DNA from: an uncultured Planctomycetaceae bacterium
GTDB lineage: Bacteria; Planctomycetota; UBA1135; GCA-002686595
Length of the DNA stretch: 64,000 nucleotides
Reading direction: 5' to 3'
Assembly (NCBI GenBank): GCA_964631945.1
Contig: CAZWAY010000005.1
Coordinates: 53,669-117,668 of the forward strand
Shown here: positions 50,731-60,600 of the stretch, in pieces
How positions within the stretch are numbered: position 1 is the stretch's first letter
Layout of the letters: every line of letters starts with the position of its first letter
Notes under the pieces: model-generated
Told to the model about the DNA's origin: nothing
Seen by the model: the letters and a program-made list of their open reading frames with translations, nothing else
Database searches by the model: none
Program-made: the position numbers and the translations under genes

Positions 50731-50838
50731 GCCCGGCGTGGCGGGCCTATCTGGATCCGCCCAGCGACGCTATCCTCTAGCGCTCTTTCGGACACCAACC
50801 ACCCGTTCGTCTGGTCGCTACCGGACAGAGGGTTCCAC

Positions 50839-53820
50839 GTGAGCGCAGCCGCGATCGTCGAGACGCTGGCCAAGGAATTGTCAGTAGGGAAAGAGCACGC
50901 CCAGCGCGTGTTCGAGCTCCTCCAGGCCGGGCACAAGGCCCCCTACATCGCCCGCTACCGTCGCGCCGAGATCGGCGCCTTCACCGACGGCTCCATCCGG
51001 CGCTTCGCGCGCCGGCTGAAGCAGTTCGAGGAACTCGACAAGCGGCGGGCCTCGCTGCTGCGCTCGGTCCAGGAGCAGTTGAAGGGCGAGCCCGTGCCGA
51101 CCGAGCTCACGGAGGCGGTGTTCGCGTGCACGGACCGCTTCGAGCTCGAGGACCAGTTCCTCCCGCATCGCCGACCCGAGCCCGAGGTGCAGCTCGCCAT
51201 CGATCGCGGACTCGCGCCCCTGGCCGACGCGCTCGTGGCCAGCCCGCCGCGCGGGACACCCGCGCTCGAGGCCGAGGAGGCCTCCGGCTCCGCTCCTGGG
51301 CCGGGCACGGCGTCCGCCCAAGCCGAGGACTCGGGCCAAGCCACGGCCGAGCCCACGCCCGAAGCGCCGGCCGAGCCGCACGCGCCCGAGGGCGCCGACG
51401 AACCCGCGTCCGCGGAGTTCGAGGCGGAGATGGGTGCCGAGACAGCAGCGTCCCAGGCCCAGACCGCGGAGGGCGAGCCGGACCCCGGAACCGCCGCGCC
51501 CGAACCCGGAGCGGAGGCGGACTCGAACGCGGCCGCGGGAGAGCGGGAGAACGCCTCCGAACGCGCGCATCCCTCGCCGGATCCCCTCCACGCGCGGCCG
51601 GTGTTCCACCCCGCGCACATCGACCTGTCGCCGCAGCTCGCGCGCCTGTGCTCGGAATACGTCAACACGGATCGTGGCGTACACACCGAGCAGCAGGCGC
51701 TCGAGGGTGCGATGCGCATCCTCTCGGACCGGCTGGGGCGCAACCCCCAGCTGCGCACGCTGCTGCGGCGGCTGCTGCGCAAGCATGGCCGCGTCGGGGT
51801 GCGAGCGCTGGTCGAAGAGGGGCGCCTGGGTCGGAACCGTTCGCTGCTGCGCGTCAACGTTCCGCTGCGACAGTTGCAGGGCCACCGCCTGATCGCCTTG
51901 CGCCAGGCCCAGGCCCAGCGCCAGATCGCGCTGGTCCTCACCGTGGACGAGCGCGTGGTCATGCCCCAGGTGCGCGCTGCGCTCGGACGCCGGATCCATC
52001 CCGCCTATGCGTCCGTGGCGGACGAGGTCGCGCGTCAGGCGCTGCACCTGCGCTTGCTGCCGATGATCGAGGACGACGTTCGCAACGAACTGCGCGAGCG
52101 GGCAGACGAGGAAGCCATCCGTCTGGTGGCGCAGCACCTGCGGCAGATCCTGCTGACGCCCCCGGCCGGTCCGCGGCCCACGGCTGGCGTGCACGTGGAC
52201 GCCAAGGGGGACTGGCTGATCTTCGTGGTCGACGCCGACGGTCAGCCCCAGGGCAGCGAGCTCAAGCTCGAGGCCTCGACCTTGGCCTTGCCCGAGCTGG
52301 CCCAGAAGCTGAACGAGGCCATGCGCGGAACCGGCGTGAACACCCTCGCCGTGAGCTGCGACAAGAGCGTGCGGCCCGGCCTGCTGAAGCTGCGCGCGGC
52401 ACTCGACCTCCTGCAGGTCGAGGCGGTCGTCGTCCCGGTCAACGATGCCGGGCTCGCGAGCTACGCCAACTCCGAGCAGGCACGCGCGGAGCTGGGCGCC
52501 TTCTCGGTGCCGGCCCGCGAGGCCATCGGGCTCGCGCGTCGCTATCAGGACCCGTTGCTCGAGTTCTTGAAGGTGGAGCCACGCAACCTCGGGCTCGGGC
52601 GCGAGCAAGCCGTCATCAGCAAGGCGGCGCTGCGGCGCGTGGTCCACGACACGCTCGAATCGTGCGTGGCCCACGTCGGTTGCGACCTCAACCACGCTCC
52701 CGTGCACTTCCTGCGTCACGTCCCCGGGCTCAACTTCGAGCTGGCCAAGAAGCTCGTCGAGCGCCGTGCCCAGCGCCCCTTCGGCTCGCGCGAGGAGCTG
52801 CGCACCGAGAACCTGCTCGACGACCTGGCCTGGGTCGACTCCATCGGCTTCCTGTGCGTGCGCGACTCGAGCGAGCCGCTCGACGCCACCGCGCTGCACC
52901 CCGAGCAGTACGACCTGGCCCGACGCGTCATCCTGCAGGGCGGGGCCAGCGTGGAAGAGAGTCTCGGCCAACGCGATGTCGCCCGGGGTTTGCGCCGTGG
53001 CGACTTCGACGTGGACGAAGGCACCTGGCGCGAGCTCGTGCGCGAGGTCGCGCACCCCGGTCGGGATCCGCGCCCGCGCCAGTTCTTCCCGCGCCTGCTC
53101 CCGTCCGAGACCGACCCGAAGAGCCTGCAGAAGGACCAGGTCGTGGAGGGCGTCGTCTCCAACGTGGCCAGCTTCGGAGCCTTCGTGGACCTCGGGCCCG
53201 AGAAGGATGCGATGGTGCACGTCAGCGAGATCTCCAGCCACTACGTGCGCGACGCGCGCGTGCTGCTGTCGATCGGCCAGGTCGTGCGCGCGCGCGTGCT
53301 CGACGCCAGCGGCCCGCGCGCCGAGCTCTCGCTCAAGAACGTGCCCGACTTCCGGCGCGGCCCGGCCGGCCCGCGCCGCGCCGAACGCGGCCCGCGCGAG
53401 GAGGGGGCCGTGGCCGGCGCCGAACCGAGCACCGAGCGCCGCGAGCGCAGCGGTCGACGCGGCCCGCGACGCAACGCCGAGGGCGGCGAGACCTGGACCG
53501 ACTTCCAGCCCGTGCTGCGCGGCGCGCGTACACGCCGTGACGGCCTGGTCACGGGCTCGGGCGGCGAAGGGAAGAAGCGTGGCGGCGGTGGTCGCGGGGC
53601 GCGCGAGGGTGGCTCGGTCGGCGGCGGCCCCGGCCGTTCGGCCGGTGGCCGCGGGCGCACCGGTGGGGGTCGCGAGGAATACGACGCCGACGCGGTGCGG
53701 CGGGCGAGCCGGCCGACCGGCACCTACAACCCCTTCGCGGGCTTCTTCAAGGAGAAGAAGCCGACCGAGCCCGGACTGCCCGGCGGCGAGCCGGCCGCGC
53801 CCCCGCCGTCCGAAGGCTAG
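50839..53820 (+). CDS. tex: Tex-like transcription accessory protein (YqgF/HhH/S1 domains) with acidic internal insert and Arg/Gly-rich C-terminal tail
   Basis: GTG start. N-terminal AQRVFELLQAGHKAPYIARYRRAEIGAFTD. S1 domain EGVVSNVASFGAFVDLGPEKDAMVHVSEISSHYVRD. About 110-aa Glu/Ala/Pro insert, and about 180-aa RGG-like tail. Confidence 0.85.
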   Translation: MSAAAIVETLAKELSVGKEHAQRVFELLQAGHKAPYIARYRRAEIGAFTDGSIRRFARRLKQFEELDKRRASLLRSVQEQLKGEPVPTELTEAVFACTDRFELEDQFLPHRRPEPEVQLAIDRGLAPLADALVASPPRGTPALEAEEASGSAPGPGTASAQAEDSGQATAEPTPEAPAEPHAPEGADEPASAEFEAEMGAETAASQAQTAEGEPDPGTAAPEPGAEADSNAAAGERENASERAHPSPDPLHARPVFHPAHIDLSPQLARLCSEYVNTDRGVHTEQQALEGAMRILSDRLGRNPQLRTLLRRLLRKHGRVGVRALVEEGRLGRNRSLLRVNVPLRQLQGHRLIALRQAQAQRQIALVLTVDERVVMPQVRAALGRRIHPAYASVADEVARQALHLRLLPMIEDDVRNELRERADEEAIRLVAQHLRQILLTPPAGPRPTAGVHVDAKGDWLIFVVDADGQPQGSELKLEASTLALPELAQKLNEAMRGTGVNTLAVSCDKSVRPGLLKLRAALDLLQVEAVVVPVNDAGLASYANSEQARAELGAFSVPAREAIGLARRYQDPLLEFLKVEPRNLGLGREQAVISKAALRRVVHDTLESCVAHVGCDLNHAPVHFLRHVPGLNFELAKKLVERRAQRPFGSREELRTENLLDDLAWVDSIGFLCVRDSSEPLDATALHPEQYDLARRVILQGGASVEESLGQRDVARGLRRGDFDVDEGTWRELVREVAHPGRDPRPRQFFPRLLPSETDPKSLQKDQVVEGVVSNVASFGAFVDLGPEKDAMVHVSEISSHYVRDARVLLSIGQVVRARVLDASGPRAELSLKNVPDFRRGPAGPRRAERGPREEGAVAGAEPSTERRERSGRRGPRRNAEGGETWTDFQPVLRGARTRRDGLVTGSGGEGKKRGGGGRGAREGGSVGGGPGRSAGGRGRTGGGREEYDADAVRRASRPTGTYNPFAGFFKEKKPTEPGLPGGEPAAPPPSEG

Positions 53821-53838
53821 GAGCGCCCGCGCTCGGGC

Positions 53839-54648
53839 CTAGTAGCGGTCGCGGTACTCCTCGGGGAGCAGCGCATCGAGCGGGTCGCCGTGGCCCTGGC
53901 TCGGGAACGGCGCCTGGGGCTGGTGGCCAGGCTGCGTAAACTCGCCCGAGATCGCGTCGAGCTTCTGCATCGTCTCGTAGAAGTCGATGCCGCTGCCTGC
54001 GACCTGCGGCTGACCCTGTCCGTGGAGGGCGTGGGGCGCGACACCCGCGGGCGGAGCCGACTGGGCGCTGCCGAGCACGCGCCGGACCTCCTGGGTCGCG
54101 TGCAGCAGAGCCTCGAAGCCCGCGCGCAGTTGCAGGTCGACCGCGTGCACTCGCTCGTCGAAGTGCGCGTGCAGCTTGTCGAGGCTCGCCGCGAGGCGGA
54201 AGACGGCGTCCTGCGAGTGGTCTCCGGCCGTGTTCTTGTCGTCCTGGCTCTGCATCTGGGCCTGCTGCTGGCTCGCGACCGCGGTGATGCTCTCGTGGAT
54301 CTGGAGCAACGAGGTGCGCAACTGGGCGAGCTTGGTCGAGAGCTGATCGTTCACGAGGTGCAGCTCGGCCTGCAGTGCCTCGCTGCTCTCCGAGTGATCG
54401 CTCTGGGGCAGCGTGGCCGGAGCCGCCGCGCGCGCCACGATCCCGAGCCCGAAGAAGAACAGTCCGCCCACCACCAGGGCGCCGTTCTGCACGCCGAAGG
54501 CGGCTGCCTGGCGCGCGATCTTGGCCACCTGCCAGGAGTACTGCGGCGCCAGTGCGAAGGCCACGCCCGTTGCCACGAGCGCGAAGCCGACGAAGAACAG
54601 GAAGCCTGCGCCCTTGTGCGAACGGGTTGCGAATTCGGTCGAGGCCAT
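53839..54648 (-). CDS. Hypothetical two-TM membrane protein with C-terminal Gln-rich coiled-coil
   Basis: Start MASTEFATRSHKGAGFLFFVGFALVATGVAFALAP at residue 58 of ORF 53839..54819. Second TM is ALVVGGLFFFGLGIV. Then LQAELHLVNDQLSTKLAQLRTSLLQIHESI. Confidence 0.5.
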   Translation of the reverse strand: MASTEFATRSHKGAGFLFFVGFALVATGVAFALAPQYSWQVAKIARQAAAFGVQNGALVVGGLFFFGLGIVARAAAPATLPQSDHSESSEALQAELHLVNDQLSTKLAQLRTSLLQIHESITAVASQQQAQMQSQDDKNTAGDHSQDAVFRLAASLDKLHAHFDERVHAVDLQLRAGFEALLHATQEVRRVLGSAQSAPPAGVAPHALHGQGQPQVAGSGIDFYETMQKLDAISGEFTQPGHQPQAPFPSQGHGDPLDALLPEEYRDRY

Positions 54649-54854
54649 GGTGAGGTTCGGTGGAGGAGACGGACGTCCGAGGGCGCGGTCCGGGGTGCGC
54701 TCGGCGAGGCCCCGGCCCGATCGAGGCCTCCGGGCGGAGGCGGAATCGGCGCGAGATCCCTCCTCGAACGAGCGCTCCTCGCGGCTTGAGGAAAGAGGCG
54801 TCTTCTCGCGCCCTCGCACCCCCCGGGGGCCTGCGGCTATGGTGCTCGCCGAGA

Positions 54855-56630
54855 ATGGCCTTCCCGCTCCCGTCTCCGGCTCCGCGCGCCTCCCGAGGCA
54901 AGGTCCATGGGATCGCGGTCGCGCCCGGGCTCGCCCTGGGCAGCGTGCACATCGTCCTGACCGGTCCGACCGACGTGCCCACCTGGTCCGTGAAGCGCGA
55001 GGACGTGCCGTTCGAGATCGGGCGCCTGGCCTCGGCCCTGAACTCGGCCGCCGAACGGCTGGAGGAGCGCCAGCGTGCGGTGGCGCTCTCGGCCGGGCCG
55101 AAGGACGCCGAGATCTTCGCCGTGCACCGCATGATCCTGAAGGATCCGCACGCCATGAGCGAGGTCGAGCGCGCGATCTCGGAGCAGCGCATCAACGCGG
55201 AGGCAGCCGTGAAGCTGCTGATCGAGCGCTACCAGGAGCGCTTCGGCAAGCTGGATGGTGGCAACGTGCGCAACCTGGCCTCGGACGTCTCCGATCCATG
55301 GCGCTACGTGCTGAACGTGCTGCTCGAGCGCGACCGGGAGCAGGTGTTGCAGGCCGGGCAGCACGTGATCCTGGCGGCCGCCGAGCTCACTCCCGCAGTG
55401 GTCACGTTCCTCGAGCGCGAGCGTCTGCTGGCCGTGGTGGCCGAGACCGGTGGGCGCTTCTCGCACGGGGCCGTGCTCGCGCGCTCGCTCGGGCTGCCGT
55501 GCGTGGTCGGGCTCCCGAACCTGCTGGCGCGCCTGGAGCAGGGCATGCAAATGGCCGTCGACGGCGACCATGGCTCGGTCTTGCTCTCGCCCTCCGCTTC
55601 GCAGGTGAGCGAGTTCGAGGAGCGCAAGCGCCTGCTCGAGGATCGACGCGAGTCCTACCGCGCCGACGCCGCGCTCCCGGGCACGACCCTGGACGGCCGA
55701 TCCCTCTCGGTGCAGGTCAACGTGGAGAGCCTCCGCGACCTGGACACCTTCGATCAGGCGCACACCGACGGCATCGGCCTGCTGCGGACCGAGTTCCTCT
55801 ACCTCGAGCGCAACGAGTTCCCCTCCGAGGAGGAACAGTACCGCCTCTACCGCAGCGTGCTGGAGCGCATGGCCGGACGGCCCACGACCCTGAGGCTGCT
55901 CGACATCGGGGGCGACAAACCCCTGCCCTATTTCCAGACGCCTCCGGAGGCCAATCCGGCCCTGGGCTGGCGCGGGATCCGCATCACCCTGCGCTGGCGC
56001 GACCTCCTGCGCGTGCAGCTGCGCGCCCTGCTGCGGGCCAGCACGGCGGGCGACATGCGCATCCTGATGCCGATGATCAGCTCGCTGGAGGAGGTGCGCG
56101 AGGTGCACCGGCTGTTCGCGGAGGTCCGCTCCCAGCTCGGCGAGCAGGGCTACCCCACGGCCGACGACGTGCCGGTCGGGGCCATGATCGAGGTCCCTTC
56201 CGCGCTGCTGGAGATCGAGCGCATCGTGCGCGAGGTCGACTTCGTGAGCGTCGGGACCAACGACCTGGTGCAATACCTGCTCGCGGTCGACCGCGACAAC
56301 TCGTGGGTTTCCGGCCTCTACGAGCCGCACCACCCGGCCGTGATCCGGGCCCTGAAGCAGGTGGCCGACGCGGCCCTGCGCGTCGGGAAGTCGTGCTCGG
56401 TGTGCGGTGAGATGGCCAGCGATCCCGCCGTGACCGTGCTCCTGTGCGGGTTCGGCTACGACTCGGTCAGCGTGGCGCCCCAGTTCGTGCCGGTGATCAA
56501 GTACGCGATCCGCCACTCGCGTCACGCCGACCTGCTGGGACTCGCCGAGCAGGTGCTGGCGGCGGAGACGGCGCAGGACGTGCGCGGCCTGCTGGACCAA
56601 GCGACGCGCGGGATGTCCTCGGCAAGCTGA
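54855..56630 (+). CDS. ptsI: Phosphoenolpyruvate-protein phosphotransferase (PTS enzyme I)
   Basis: Start MAFPLPSPAPRASRGKVHGIAVAPGLALG inside ORF 54660..56630. Phospho-His region GGRFSHGAVLARSLGLPCVVG. PEP-utilizing C-terminal domain with VSVGTNDLVQYLLAVDR and CGEMASDP. Confidence 0.9.
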   Translation: MAFPLPSPAPRASRGKVHGIAVAPGLALGSVHIVLTGPTDVPTWSVKREDVPFEIGRLASALNSAAERLEERQRAVALSAGPKDAEIFAVHRMILKDPHAMSEVERAISEQRINAEAAVKLLIERYQERFGKLDGGNVRNLASDVSDPWRYVLNVLLERDREQVLQAGQHVILAAAELTPAVVTFLERERLLAVVAETGGRFSHGAVLARSLGLPCVVGLPNLLARLEQGMQMAVDGDHGSVLLSPSASQVSEFEERKRLLEDRRESYRADAALPGTTLDGRSLSVQVNVESLRDLDTFDQAHTDGIGLLRTEFLYLERNEFPSEEEQYRLYRSVLERMAGRPTTLRLLDIGGDKPLPYFQTPPEANPALGWRGIRITLRWRDLLRVQLRALLRASTAGDMRILMPMISSLEEVREVHRLFAEVRSQLGEQGYPTADDVPVGAMIEVPSALLEIERIVREVDFVSVGTNDLVQYLLAVDRDNSWVSGLYEPHHPAVIRALKQVADAALRVGKSCSVCGEMASDPAVTVLLCGFGYDSVSVAPQFVPVIKYAIRHSRHADLLGLAEQVLAAETAQDVRGLLDQATRGMSSAS

Positions 56631-56816
56631 GCTCTCTCTCCGGGCCGCAGCGCCATTCAATTTGCATCGTTCTACGGAGGGAGCGACCGTGGCGCGTTTG
56701 CGCGCTCGTCCAGGACTTCGTTCCAACATTTAGAACTTCGAAGACAAGCTCCCTATTCCGGCGCACATCCGCGCTCGCGTGGTGACGAACACGCCGAATC
56801 GCGCGGCTACTTTCGA

Positions 56817-57653
56817 GTGCAGGTGATCGATAGAATCCCGCGGCTGGTTCCCTCGCCTCGGTTGCACCAGGTCAGTCGTCGTCAGACCTTTCGGGGGACT
56901 CCAGTGGACAGCCACAAGAAAACGACGAGGGGAAGATTGCGATCCACCAAGGTCGGTTGGGGACGAGCGGACGCGCCGCGGCGCGGGCGCTGGTCCCAGC
57001 GCGAGCAGGCGCGTCTGAAGGAGCTCTACGGACTCCGGGACGACGCCCTGATCGCTCGTGAGCTCAAGCGGCCCGTGGCCAGCATCCGTCGCATGGCGGA
57101 GAAGCTCTTCACCGGACCCGTCCGGACGGGTCCGTGGACGGCGAACGAGGTCATGGAATTGCGTCGCTACCTCGGCGCGACCTCACCCGAGGTCATCGGC
57201 CGCATCCTCGGACGCCCGACCGAGGAGGTGAACGAGCGGATCTTCGATCTCGGGCGCATCAAGAAGGACGGCTCGTGGCCACGCGAGGAGCTGGCCGAGT
57301 TCAAGCGCATCTACGGCACGCGCACGGACGAGGATCTCTCGCGCATCTTCGGGCGCTCGCTGACGGAGATCGCCACGCTGGCCGAGGGGCTCGCGCTGTC
57401 CAAGGACAAGGCCTTCGTGCGCAAGCTCGCCGGCGAGGCCGCCACGCGCATGCCGCGCTGGCGGCCCGAGGAGCTCGAGATCCTGCGCCGGGACTACCCC
57501 GTTCAGTCCAACCTGGAGCTGGCACGCGCGCTCGGACGCTCGGTCAAGAGCGTGGTCTCCAAGGCGCACCACATGGGCCTCAAGAAGTCCTCCGAACGCC
57601 TGCGCACCATGGGGCGGGAGAACGTCAGTCTGCGCTACCAGGACGCGGACTGA
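56817..57653 (+). CDS. Tandem-repeat protein: four roughly 40-aa helix-turn-helix-like (Myb/SANT- or sigma-region-4-like) repeats
   Basis: Repeats W-SQREQARLKELYGLRDDALIARELKRPVASIRRMAEKL, W-TANEVMELRRYLGATSPEVIGRILGRPTEEVNERIFDL, W-PREELAEFKRIYGTRTDEDLSRIFGRSLTEIATLAEGL, and W-RPEELEILRRDYPVQSNLELARALGRSVKSVVSKAHHM. Alternative GTG start at 56904 with GGGGGA RBS. Confidence 0.55.
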   Translation: MQVIDRIPRLVPSPRLHQVSRRQTFRGTPVDSHKKTTRGRLRSTKVGWGRADAPRRGRWSQREQARLKELYGLRDDALIARELKRPVASIRRMAEKLFTGPVRTGPWTANEVMELRRYLGATSPEVIGRILGRPTEEVNERIFDLGRIKKDGSWPREELAEFKRIYGTRTDEDLSRIFGRSLTEIATLAEGLALSKDKAFVRKLAGEAATRMPRWRPEELEILRRDYPVQSNLELARALGRSVKSVVSKAHHMGLKKSSERLRTMGRENVSLRYQDAD

Positions 57654-57687
57654 GCGCCCCGGGCCTCCGCCAATCGTCCGATGCGCA

Positions 57688-60600
57688 TCACCCGATGCGT
57701 TCGGCGTGCAGCGTACAGGCCCCCAGGTGCTCCTCCACGCGCCCGTGGATCCGGAACGGCCCGCGGCCGATCAGGCGGTGCCCATCGCGCGCGTAGACCG
57801 GTGGGAAGACCACCACCTCGGCAATGCCGCTCTCGTCCTCGAGCGTGAGGAAGCGCATCCAACCGCCCGCGCTCGTGCGCACCGGACGCGAGGCGGCCAG
57901 CCAGCCGACGAGCTGCACGCGCTCGCCGCGCCGGTGTGCGAGTTCGGCGCAGGGCAGACTCGCACCGTGCTCGTCGCGCGCGAGGCAGGGGAAGAGCGTG
58001 GTCGGATGGGCACATACGGTGAGTCCGAGCAGCTCGAGTTCGAGCCGCCCCCGTCGCACGGGATCGAACTCGGGCAAGGCCGGCAAGGCCAGGGCCGACG
58101 GGGGCGGAGCGGGGAAGAGCGGCGTGCTCTCGCCCGGGCGGAGGCGTCGGGCGTCGGGCGCGAGCGCGGGCCGTGACCAGCCGCTCGCACGCTCGCGCGC
58201 GGCGGGGGACGTGCGGCAGGCGGCCAGCGCGCGCGCGTCCAGGCCGCTTGGCGGTCGGCGCGCGGGCGAACTCAACAGGTGCAGGCGCAGCAGCATCTCG
58301 GGTCGCGTGCGATCGAACGCATCCAGCGCCCCGCACAGGATCAGGCGCTCGCTCTCGTCGGCGCGCGCGCCCGAGCGCTCCACGAAGTCGGGCAGCGAGA
58401 GATAGGGGCCGCCGCGCTCCCGCTCGGCCAGCAACGCCTGGCGCGTGGCTTCCGACAGGCCCTTGACGCGCTCGAGCCCGACGCGGAGGGCGGGCGTGCC
58501 GTCGCGCCCACCGCGCTCCAGGGTGAAGCCCGTATCGCTGCGGTTCACGTCCGGCGGCAGGATCGGGACGCCCAGCCGGCGCGCCTCCTCGACGTAGACG
58601 CGCGCGTCGTAGTAGCCGGTCTGGCTGTTCAGGAAGGCCGTGAGGAACTCGGCCGGATGGTGCGCTTTCAGGTACGCCGTGCGGTAGGCGATGCGCCCGT
58701 AGGTGACCGCGTGCGCCTTGCAGAAGCCGAAGGCCGAGAAGTTGGCGACCAACTCCCAGACGCGCTCGGCGTCGCACCGGGCGATGCGCTCGCCCTCGCA
58801 GGCCGCCAGGAAGCGCGCGCGCAGCTCGATCAGCTCGGGCCCACGTCTCTTCGCCAGCGCGCGGCGCAAGAGGTCGGCCTCGGAGAGCTCGAAGCCGGCC
58901 AGCAGCACCACGACCTGCATCACGTCCTCCTGGTACAGCATCACGCCCTGCGTCTCCGCCAGCAGCTCCTCCAGGCGCGGGTGCGGCGCATGCGGCGGCT
59001 CGAGCCCGCGGAAGCGGCGGATGAAGGCGTCCTTCATGCCCGAGCCGGCCGGACCGGGTCGGATCAGCGCCACGGCCTGGATCACGGCGTCCATCGTGCG
59101 CGCGCCGGTCTGCTGCAGCAGGTTGCGCATGCCCGGCGACTCGATCTGGAAGCAGCCGAGCGTGGCCCCGCGCTCGAGCAGCGCGCCGGTACGCTCGTCG
59201 TCCTCGGGGATGCGCGCCAGTTCCGCGTGGCTCAGCCCCAGCGCGCGCAGGCAATCGTCGACCACCGTCAGCGCGCGGTTGCCGAGCAGATCCATCTTCA
59301 CCAGGCCGATGGCCTCGACGCCGTCCTTGTCGAGCTGCGTCACGATCACGCCCTTGGCGGCGCGCTGGCAGGCGACGAAGTCCGTGATCGGCCCGGGCGT
59401 CACCACCACCCCGCCCGGGTGCAGGCCGAGGTGGCGCGGGCAGTCGAGCAGCGCGCTCGCCATGCGCAGCACGAAGGCATGGCGCGGATCCTCGAAGGGG
59501 AAGCCGCGGCACTCGGGCGTGGCCGCGAGGGTGCGTGCGATGGGATCGTGCGCGAGCGCGGGCGGTAGCGCGTGTAGCAGCGGCGTGTCGTCCCGCGCGC
59601 GCTCGCCCTCCCGTCCCTCTTCCTCTTCTTCTTCCGAGCCATCCGGCACCTCGCCCGTCCCGGCCTCGGCCGCGCCGAGCTCCGCGCCCATGCCCGGCAG
59701 CCGGCGCGACCAGCGGTTGACCTCGACCGGCGCCAGGCCCTCGGCCAGCGCCACCGCGCGGAAGGCCGCGCGCATGCCGAAGGTCGAGAGCGTGGCGATC
59801 ATGGCCGTGCGCTCGAGGCCGAAGGCCGTGCCGACCTCGGCCAGTACCTCGTCGCGCCGCCGCCAGCAGAAGTCGAGATCGATGTCGGGCCGGTCCTTGC
59901 GCGCGGGATTGAGGAAGCGCTCGAACGGCAGGCGGTAGCGCAGCGGGTCGGCGTCGGTCAGCTCGAGGCAGTACGCCACCAGGCTGTCGGCCGCCGAGCC
60001 GCGCCCGACGCTCGGGATGCCGCGCGCGCGCGCGAAGTCGGCGATCTTCTTCACCAGCAGGAAGTAGGGCGCGAAGCCGAGCCCCTCGATCGCCGCCAGC
60101 TCGTGCTCGAGGCGCCGCACCACCTCCGGCCGCAGCGGCGTGTAGCGCTTGCGCGCGCCGTCGAAGGCCAGCGCGCACAGCGCCGAGTAGGGCGTCTCGT
60201 GCCCCTCCAGCTCGATCGAGGGGAAGAGCACGCCGCCGAGCGGCGGCACGTAGCGGCACGCCTCGGCGATCTCGAGCGTGCGCGCGAGCAGGCCGAGGAC
60301 GCCCTTCTTGCTCGCGCGGAACGGCCCCCGACACTCCGGCAACCCGGCGTAGAGCGTGGCCATCTCCGCGCTCCCGAGCAGGTGCGCGGGCTCCTCGGCC
60401 AGCCATTCGCGTGCGAGGTCGCAGCGCAGCGCGTTGTGCTTGATCGCGGCGCGCACGCGGTGCGCCGCGTAATCCGCCGCGCGCGCGCAGTGCACGTCCG
60501 GCACGGCCAGCGTGGCGAGCCGCGCGGCGCGCGCGCACGCCAGCAGCTCCTGGGCCGGGACCGCGCGCGCGGGCGGGGGCACCTTGGGCGCCGGGAGCAG

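Noticed and set aside
50881-53540. Long ORFs 50881..53241 (minus) and 51126..53540 (plus) overlapping tex
   Set aside because: Antisense or out of frame relative to the clearly motif-bearing Tex frame 50839..53820.
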